This document shows, one piece after another, positions 55,561-64,000 of a stretch of 64,000 bases of DNA. Every line of letters starts with the position of its first letter. The stretch's first letter is position 1. The notes under the pieces are model-generated. The model made no database searches and was not told where the DNA came from. It saw only the letters and a list, made by a program, of their open reading frames with translations. The stretch is from NCBI GenBank assembly GCA_002269645.1, contig NIVC01002218.1:113795-177794 (forward strand), given 5' to 3'. A program made the translations under genes and the position numbers. The DNA comes from Macrostomum lignano. Its lineage: Eukaryota.

Positions 55561-56231
55561 CAAGGGGCGTTAAAGTTTCAACTGGCGAAGTTCTTTGCTA
55601 CCTTTTTCTCACTATTCGAAACTTTTCCTCACTAATGCAAACCTTTTTATCACTTTTCGGAACTTTTTATGAGTATTTGAAAGTCATTAAAACTTATCAG
55701 TTTTGGAAATGTTTACTTTCATGGTTTTCCATGCGTAGGCCATAATTTATTGTCATCTCAATTTGATTTTCCAGGAGCCGAGTTAATTTACTGTGTGCAG
55801 AAATGGAAGGCCGCCACAGAAGAGCAACAGGAGGTGGTGGACATTCAACTAATCCGTGTACCTGAATTAACATTTAAGTTGACTATTAAATGTGATTGAG
55901 TGGCGCCGTTTTGCGTCTTGCGAGACTTGCGGATGTACTTATTTATTTCCTTTACTTACATATGTAGCAGTAAGAGTTGTAGCACCTTTTCAGCAAGTGT
56001 GGGACAATTGTTTTCGTTTTTAAAAACTCCCATCTGCGTTTTCAACCATTAAAGTTTTAAAACGTAAATGCGTATTTTATAACCCGACCGGATGGATGAT
56101 CAAATGAAAACCGATTTTATACCTCATGAAAGTTGTCCAGTTTGGACACTTTCTACAGCGCGCACAGCTATGAATGCGCCGCTGCGCTTTTAATCCTGCG
56201 AGTCTGAGTATGTCTTTGTTGTTAGTTTTTT

Positions 56232-56615
56232 ATGACCCAGTGGGGAAAGTGGGATATGGCAAGAAGGATGTTACGTCACGCTATTGGTGTGGGCAGCAAA
56301 TCAGTGAAGAAGCTGGCGCATTCGTTTACAGAGATGGCACAGGGCGTTAACAATAATATCGACTGGTCCGCCTTGCTCGACGACGTCATAGTCGGGATGG
56401 CGCCAACACGACCCACGTCCCCAACCGCCCCGACTTCTCCTCGTGCCATGGACAGGTCGGAGCTGGCCATGGAGATATTCTGGTCGGATGTTCCACTGGC
56501 ACCCCGGATAGCAGAGGCTGTAACTGCGTCGCCAGAAGTCGCTGCGTCCGCGTCCCCAGAAGTCGCTACCGTAGCCCCTGCCTCCTCTGTGTACTCCGAG
56601 TCACCGGAGCGCTAG
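56232..56615 (+). CDS. Hypothetical 127-aa ORF, Pro/Ser/Ala-rich C-terminus (possible transposon accessory gene)
   Basis: ATG-initiated GC-rich ORF in AT-rich context; no family recognised. Confidence 0.35.
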   Translation: MTQWGKWDMARRMLRHAIGVGSKSVKKLAHSFTEMAQGVNNNIDWSALLDDVIVGMAPTRPTSPTAPTSPRAMDRSELAMEIFWSDVPLAPRIAEAVTASPEVAASASPEVATVAPASSVYSESPER

Positions 56616-56860
56616 CGGGACAAGTGTCGGACTATTTTTTCGTTTGGGGGGGGCGCTGGACTTATATTGAGCGAAGAATCAGACGCTGGGGTAGCATCGG
56701 CGCAGGAATGAGGACGACTTTGAGTCGCAATAGTGACATTTCTCTTAGTGTGATTCAGATTAAGCAGATTAGCTAGACATCGCGGATGACAATTAGGCAG
56801 TGGCAATTGTCCTGGCATTCGTCTTAATTCCTGTTATAGCTTGCATCCGCAACTGCAGCA

Positions 56861-57307
56861 ATGGCGTGGAGCAACAACCCCTTCCACCTGACCGGCGCCA
56901 ATGCCGAGCAGCTGAGGGTGCAGGAGCAGCAGCGATTGTTGGCAGAAGCCAGCCATATGGCCAATGACAGTCTGCGGCGCATGCTGCTGGTAGGCCTTGG
57001 GTCGCCGCAGAGTAATAGCCTCGATGGCATGGCGACGGACCTGGAAAATCAGCGTCGGCTGATTGAGGAGCAGCAACGGCTTCTGCAGCAGCAGGTGCAG
57101 TTGCTGGAACAGCAGGAGCAGCTTCTCCGGCAACGCCGTGAGGTGTTGCGGAATCGGCTGATGAGAGAACGCGAGGAGCGACTGCTGGCGGAGGAGTCAG
57201 AGAGGGAGCAGCCAACCGAGTCCGACTCTGACGACGACCTCTTGCGCATGCCTCGACGCCATCCTCCGCCAACCTCTAGTGTTCCCCCTGAATTGCGGGA
57301 GATGTAA
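56861..57307 (+). CDS. Hypothetical 148-aa Gln/Glu/Arg-rich coiled-coil protein (possible transposon accessory gene)
   Basis: ATG just after a CTGCAG acceptor-like site; heptad-like LIEEQQRLLQQQVQLLEQQEQLL; no family recognised. Confidence 0.5.
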   Translation: MAWSNNPFHLTGANAEQLRVQEQQRLLAEASHMANDSLRRMLLVGLGSPQSNSLDGMATDLENQRRLIEEQQRLLQQQVQLLEQQEQLLRQRREVLRNRLMREREERLLAEESEREQPTESDSDDDLLRMPRRHPPPTSSVPPELREM

Positions 57308-57637
57308 ACAGTGGCGTAGCTACATGTACATGTCGGATTTTTTGAAATAGGGGGTCACTGAAAGGGACGGTCTCAGTCAAAAGATACTTCTTTGTAATTC
57401 GTAACGAAAAAAATTGTTTAAATCTGATAAAATGGTGAGACGTCTGTCCTGACTACGGCATCTCGGGAACTCGAGATTCGGGGAAATATTGTTTACGGTA
57501 GAACATTTTCAGTATAATTTACGAGCGCATAACATTCGTACTGTATAGTTTTTTGGCAATGTCGCTGCATCTGAAGCCTCTACTCAATGTTTTTTTGTTG
57601 AAAAGAATCTCCTTTTGTCTCTTATTACGATGTAAAC

Positions 57638-57933
57638 TAGGGGTCGGCAAGTTATTTTAACTGAAGGGCTGGATAGAGAATCTAGCACAGACGGCGGGCC
57701 AGAGAGAGGAGGGAATAGAGGAGAGGAGGGGAGAGAGGAGAGGAGAGAGGATAGAAGATGAGAGAGAGGAGAGGAGAGAGGATAGAACAGGGGAGAGAGG
57801 AGGGGAGATGGGAGATAAGAAATGATAGGAAATTAGGGAAGAAACTGAGAAGAGATTGCTATTGTGAAGTTTCAAGGACCCGAGGGCTTTGCGGGCCAGA
57901 TGTGGCCCACAGACCGGAATTTGCCGACCTTTG
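57638..57933. mobile_element. hAT-like MITE with GA-rich core
   Basis: TIRs TAGGGGTCGGCAA / TTGCCGACCTTTG, subterminal GCGGGCCA motifs; related to 16855-17116. Confidence 0.6.
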
Positions 57934-58191
57934 ATTTGAATGAACGATGGGAAACAATTTCATGCCAGTTTGTCAGTTTTTGTCAGTTTAATGCATGTAT
58001 AAGCGCAAGGATGGTGGAAATAGAAATATGAGTAAGGTGATGGGGTCGATGAGTCTGGAAGAATCTGTTGCAAAGTACTTATTGTTCCTTCTTTCGTAAA
58101 CAAAATGTAGGATTAAATTTGGTACTACAAATAGAAACAAGGCGGACAGGAAGTCACGGGGTAATCCCGCGTATTGCAGCATTATAGCATC

Positions 58192-61100
58192 ATGGCCGAT
58201 CGAGCCACTAGACAAGCAGCTGCGAACGCGCGATACGCCGAGCGAGTATCCGCAGATCCTCGTCTTGCTGCCCTGGACCGGGATCGCAAAGCGCGCAATC
58301 AGCGAGAGTCGCGAAAGCGCAGAGCTGCCGCCGCTGATGCCGCAAATGCAGCAGACGCAGACGAGGGGTCGGATAACGAGTTAGGGCTTCTTGATCTCAG
58401 CGGCGTGGATCCAAATTTTATGGACGTCGACGAAGCTACCGCTGCTGAGGCAGTCGACGCTCTTGACCTGCTGCAGGAAGAAGCGCTGGTGGAGGATAAC
58501 GAACCGGATGATTCCGACTCTGACAGTGATGACTCGGCGGAGTCTGAGCATCCGGAGCATCCGGACGAAATGCTGCCGTTGTATCCCGGCAGCACGCACA
58601 CGTGCGGCAGTTTTGCTGTGGCCTTTTACGAGGTCACCCGCCGGCATCGACTAAGCCGACGGGCGGTAACGGACATACTGATGCTCATATCGCAGACCCT
58701 GCCAGAGCAGGTGAATTATTGTACTCCACAATCCATGTAGCTCCTCTGTGTACTTAAAATCACATTGTGTACTCAAACTGTTTTCACTCTATAAGGCTGC
58801 GGTCCCAACTTCCGCTGCGGCGCTTCACCGCGTTTTGGGTGTGCGGAGAACGGCAGACCGGACCTGCTACTGCCTCCAGTGCCTCCGAAGCACTGAACTC
58901 GACGCAGCTGTATGTGCCGGCTGTGGGGCCGACTTTCAGGCGGCTGCGGCGTCGGGTGAAGAGCTGCGCGGCACGTATTGGCGCAGCGACATCGCCAAGC
59001 AATTTCAGCACCGCATTGAAGCCGGTGGTCTACTGCGAGCTGCCGTGTTTCCTGCTGATCAGGATACAATGGAGGGCACGCTGCAGCTGGCCACTTCAGA
59101 GGCGTACAAGGCCTTTAAGTCCCGCATCGCTCTTCCAACTAGATCTGACCTGTCCTACATCTTGAATATTGACAGCTTTCAGGTGCTGTGACCTGCTTTC
59201 AGGTGTCATATATAATCTCTCCTCTCGGTCTAAGAAACTAAGAAATTTTATCATGAACTCTTCCTTCCAGACTTTTCGCACCTCCACGATGCAGATCTGC
59301 CCCGTGTATTTGAGCATCACGGAGATCCCCGATCGGCGTAAAGCCGAATATGTAGTAATTGCTGGCTTCTGGAGTGGCCGGAAAAAGCTGAACAGCACGG
59401 CTTTTTTGCCCCTGCTTGTTGAACAGCTGGTGGCGCTGCAAACAACCGGAATCGCCTACATTAAGGGGGGTGGGCCAGATCGTCCGGGTGCAGGCGTCCT
59501 GCGTCTCCATCCGCTGTGCTTCATCATGGATGCGCCGCAGCGGGCGGAGTCCACTGGATTGAAGCAATTTAATGCCACGCACGGCTGTGATAAGTGCTAC
59601 ATCAGCACGATCAATATGCCTGGTGGAGGGCGTTGCTACCCACCGGACATCGCTACAGCCGACTTGGAGGCCGCACAGCTACAAGGGTGTCGTGAAATTA
59701 CTCAGCGCTCCCTGATGGACACTGTGCATTTGGCAGCTAGGGGCCAACAGGACAGCCTGCTGGGCGTCAAGTTCGTTTCCCCCTTGCTAAATTTGACGGC
59801 CTTCAACTACGTGCTGGACACCCCGCCCTGCTACTTGCACCAGCTTTGTGCCGGTCCGATTAAGTGGCTGATGGCGCAGTTGTTCAGCGGCCGAAAGATG
59901 GATGCTCAAGCAGGTGGGAGACGGAGAGAGATAGGGAGACGGGGGGAGGACGAATTTTGCCTTTCATTCCATTAACATTACTTCAGTTAATCCGGATCTA
60001 AGCGGCCAGCTGCGAGCCATTGATGCCCGCACCGCCCGGATTAAAGTGCCCAGGGGAGCTATTCAGCGTCCTCCTCGCACGCTGCGAGACTTGCAGCACT
60101 TCAGGGGGAACGAGTTCGAGGCCTGGTTGCTTATTTACGCACCAATGGTACTCCCTGAAGTAGAGGTAAATAACTGTACAAGATTTCAAAGTCGACTCTA
60201 TATTCAATAGACAGGGACTACTCATACTTTGTTCTGTCTGGTTATTTTTTGCTGCTGCTAAAAGACCAGCCTCGTAAAAAATTTCTAGTTTCCCGTCCCG
60301 GTGTTTCAGTAGTCCCTGTCAATGCTTGAAATTTCAAATCGACATAAATTCCGATAACAGGACCTGCCCGAGGCGTACGTCCAGCACCTTAACCTGCTGT
60401 CATCTGCCATTTTTTGGCTCACTTTGGAAGGTGCCCCTCTGCAGCAGGTTGAGCGTGCCAGGGTCTCGCTGCGTCATTTCGCCCACCGTCTACCTGTGCT
60501 GTACTCACGGCGTGCACTGACGTATAACACGCACATGGTGTGCAGCCACTTTGCGGCTTGCGCGGTCCGTTTCGGTCCGGTACACAGGCTGTCGGCGGGC
60601 CTATTCGAAGCGCAGCACTATAAACTGCTGTCCCGTCTCCACGGCAGACGCAGACTCGACGCGGAGCTTCAGGGATTGATTGACGCCGACAATGCTTCTC
60701 TGCGTGTGCGAGCCAGGTTACCCAGGCTGAATCAGGGCGTGGAAGACAGCAACACAGTGGACGGAGTCCAACTGCATCACGAGTGCCGCTTCGACGCAGG
60801 TGTTGCTTGAGTTTGTCGCCTTGCATCAGTTCCCGTAATGATGTGTGGCACATTTCAGCGGAAGCTTCCATCCCAAACACTTACAGGCCATTACAGGTGG
60901 GCGATGCTGCCAAAGGGCTTTCGGATCGAAGCATATCGGCCACAGCTGGCACATGTGCGGACAGTCGCCTGCTTCGTCGCCTATTTCAGCACCGATCCGC
61001 AGGATGCCCTCCTGGATTTTGCAAGAGTGCAGAAAATTTGCAGTGTAGAGGGCAGCGTCTTCGTTACAGTCCGACCGTTAGCAGTCGGCCCAGTACCAAT

Positions 61101-61311
61101 GCCTCCTGCTTTCCTTCTGGCCGGTGAAGAAGGAGCGGAAGGAGAAGCCGGATGCAGCTTTATTCACGTGCGCCAACTGCAGTGCGACCCGTTCGGCTTT
61201 CTTCCGGAGGATGGCGACATCATGCTGCACCACAGCGCAGTGCTTGGGACATGCGCGCTAAACGAAACGCGCATTGCGCTTCTACCCCATCCCCAGGTTG
61301 CTCACGCGTAA
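58192..61311 (+). CDS. CMC/EnSpm-type DDE transposase, 6 exons, ~863 aa, apparently intact
   Basis: join(58192..58710, 58796..59182, 59271..59913, 59987..60165, 60361..60799, 60887..61311) = 2592 nt, GT-AG with matching phases. Motifs PLYPGS..RHRLS..AVTDIL, LNID (D1), ICPVYLSITE, IMDAPQRA (D2), QFNATHGCDKC (C-x2-C), IKVP..IQRPPRTL..WLLIY, TYNTHMVCSH (H-x4-H), GP...FEA (E). Confidence 0.85.
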
Positions 61312-62206
61312 AATCCCAACGAGGGACAATTGCTGACAGCTAGTTAAAGTTAGAGTTGGAGTTGAATACTTGGAAGTGAAAAGTTGAAGCAGTTATTAAA
61401 ACTATGGAATACATTTTTAAGTAAATTGCAGACAGCATTTCCATTTTCGGGCTTTGCGAGAGACGTTACCAGAGAACACACAAGCACCCTAGAAACACAC
61501 GTGTCCCTAGAAAATGATTCTTCAGGATGAGCCGTTATTATCCTCTCCCTGATTCTTCACGTGCCCCCGTGCCGCATGCCTGGTGCCCTGTAGCCCTTGT
61601 GTTCTTGAATATACAACAGAAGAAGAATAGAACCATCTATTTGTCATTTGAAGAAACTGTTTAATAAGAAAGGCGTACAGTGTAGTTTATGGAAATTGTA
61701 TGGTACACTGAGTTTCGCAGAATTGACATAGACAATGTTAACTTTACGGCGTGCACTTTAGTCGGCGTCGTACTATTAGTCGGCGGTACAGCCCCCCTAA
61801 GATATTACGCTCCGCCACTCCTGAATGAAGAGACCTTTTGTACACTGACAATTATTTATTAGTACATGTCGTTTGAACAATTTCAAATATATATCGACGT
61901 TGAAAGCCACATCAAATAAGGCAATCAATAATGCTCGTACATCTTTATTTACGCACTCCCCAGTACACTGTTCAGTGTTTTCGCCAGCAAACGTAGTGTA
62001 CTATAGGTTGCATCAGAACTTTTTGCTATGTCGGCAGTGTATTTTCTTTGAGAGTATTTTACACTTGCTGCCGTGAAATTGGGGGTGCTTTGCTCGACTT
62101 ATTGCACTGGGCAGTGGGGTACTCTCTGTGGTCGCTGGCTGTGGAAATTGATGCATCCATTTAAGCAGGTGAACTGCTAATTTTAAACTTCAAATATTCA
62201 ATCATC

Positions 62207-63930
62207 ATGGTCCGGACTCGCCAGAATGTCGAAAAGTGCACCTTGTGCGGGCAGAAGCCTCAGCACGTAGAATGCCAGGATTGCGGCGAGCATATGTGCA
62301 AGACGTGCAGCGGCATGATGCACAAAAACCCGGCTCGGCGAAGCCACAAGCCGCGGGTGGTTGCCAGGAGACCCGACGCGCCCACAGCCGGAATTGCGGC
62401 AACGTAAGTAATTCTACGTTAAAAAAACCATTTCTTCGCGTCGTTCAACATTCAACCCACCCCTCCGCTCATAGCGGTGGCAGCAGCAACCCTGCAGGTG
62501 GCAGCGGCAACCGCGCAGGTGCCGCAGGTGGCAGCGGCAACCCCGCAGGTGCCGCAGGTGGCAGCGGCGGCGACTCCCCAGCCGGTATTGCGGCAACGTA
62601 AGTAATTCTACGTTAAACAACCATTCCTTCGCGTCGTTCGACATTCAACCCACCCCTCCGCTCATAGCGGTGGCAGCGGCAACCCTGCAGGTGGCAGCGG
62701 CAACCCTGCAGGTGGCAGCGGCAACCCCGCAGGTGCCGCAGGTGGCAGCGGCAACCCCGCAGGTGCCGCAGGTGGCAGCGGCAACCCCGCAGGTGGCAGC
62801 GGAAGCGACTCCGCAGCCGGAAATGCTGCAACGTGAGTACACAATCCCTACAGCAACGGTTATTCTCAATGACTTCTCATTCACTCACCCCCTCCCCACT
62901 TAGTTCCAAGCCGGAACGACGTCGCACCGGCGAGACCTGTGCGGACGGCTCGGTTGCCAAGCGCCCGCGTAGTACCGCAGCGTCACACCTGCAGGCGTCG
63001 ACAATTGCCAAGTCTGCGGTCGCGACGGCCTCTGTGGCACCATCTGCGGGTGCAAACGCTCCGCTTGCTGCGCAAGCAGGTACGCAGTACTGGCTGGTGC
63101 AGTTTGTACCCCAGCTAAATTTCAAGCTCGTATGCGAATCCCACATTGCGACACCGATACCCGCTGGCGGCTATACTCGTTGGGCAGAGGTGTCCGTCTA
63201 CTGTGCGAAGGCAATAACAAATGCCAGTGCCAAGCACAGGGCCCTGCTGTTCAACGGGCCATTTAAGAGCTACCGGGAGGCCAAGCTTCACGAGCGGCTC
63301 TGCAAGCATCTTCCACCTGATCCCCTTGCAGTGCAGCAGCGATGTCCGCAGTGCCAGCTTCGTGATACTCAGTTGGCTGAAGCCAACGGCGCTGTGTCTG
63401 GCCTGCGAGACACTGTCAGCAAACAGCAGGCTGAGCTCGATACCTTGCGCCGGGAGCGCGATAATGCGCTCGCTCTGCAGGCCGAGACGGCTCAGGAAAT
63501 AAGCAGCCTCCGCAGCACAGTCGCGCAGCTGCAGCAGGAGCGACACGCCGCCGCCGCTGAGGCGCAGTCGGTGGCTGCATCGCTGCGCTCGCTGGCGTCC
63601 CGGGTGGCCGCAGGCTCGTCTACTGCAGCCGGAATTGCCGCAACGTAAGTAATTCTACTTTACGCAACCATTCCTTCGCGTTATTCAACATTCGCCTACC
63701 CCTCTGCCTCCAGCGGCGGCAGCGGCAACCCAAGCAGCTTGCCTGCTCCTGCTGCCAATGCCATGTCCATTGAGGAGCTTTACGACATCATTCAACTGGA
63801 GCCGTCAATGCCCTGCAGCTCTCCATTGGTTAACTCCGCGCCTATACCCGTGCCCGTACAGCAGCAACGCTCCGACTGCACGGAGCCTCTTTTTACAGGC
63901 TGCACTGTTATGGCAAGTCGTTTGATATGA
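62207..63930 (+). CDS. B-box-type zinc finger / Gly-Ser linker / coiled-coil protein, 5 exons, ~480 aa (probable transposon accessory gene)
   Basis: join(62207..62403, 62475..62597, 62668..62832, 62904..63644, 63714..63930) = 1443 nt, all introns phase 2. N-terminal CTLC..CQDC..CKTC..H..H, GGSGNPA repeats, CPQC followed by a long coiled coil. The 3' end may continue with further exons. Confidence 0.7.
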
Positions 63931-64000
63931 TTGACGTGGAGGAGATGAAAGTTGGGGAGCAATATTGCACAGTATGTACTGATATTAAACAACCGGACAA

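Larger units (their letters stand above)
55139..64000 (+). mobile_element. Large CMC/EnSpm (CACTA)-like DNA transposon; right end outside window, left end approximate
   Basis: Spliced CMC-type transposase gene, co-oriented accessory ORFs, and a cluster of short repeats in both orientations (GGCACGAAAGGTGAATAAAAGGTGCAC, 55185-55560) resembling CACTA subterminal repeats; TIR and TSD cannot be verified. Confidence 0.6.

Noticed and set aside
57309-61820. CAGTGGCGTAGC (57309) and GCTCCGCCACTC (61820) as TIRs enclosing the transposase
   Set aside because: Flanks (GATGTAAA versus CTGAATGA) give no TSD and these ends resemble a different superfamily; more likely two separate MITE remnants.

Overview
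Eukaryotic (animal) genomic DNA, not prokaryotic. It has GC-rich spliceosomal exons, AT-rich spacers and a different minisatellite in many introns. The style suggests a flatworm such as Macrostomum, but this is inference only. I could splice three conserved host genes by eye: an SPSB3-like SPRY/SOCS-box gene (minus), SEC24C/D (plus, 11 coding exons) and a PKA type I regulatory subunit (minus, docking-domain exon not found). There is also a convergent pair of identical tRNA-Asp(GTC) genes. Mobile DNA includes an RTE-type LINE 5' fragment, an RNase H-bearing LINE 3' fragment, several MITEs (hAT-, mariner- and TA-target types), and a large CMC/EnSpm(CACTA)-like element at the right end. That element carries an apparently intact 6-exon DDE transposase, a B-box accessory gene with homologous introns, and two small ORFs. 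Most interesting are: (i) sharply bounded blocks of nested old transposons that are almost free of CpG and show transition-biased divergence including non-CpG sites (RIP-like signature); (ii) the multi-gene CMC element; (iii) a 2.7 kb satellite that sits inside a hAT MITE with a perfect 8-bp TSD. Almost all long ORFs over tandem repeats in the ORF track are artefacts. All exon structures and counts were made by eye.
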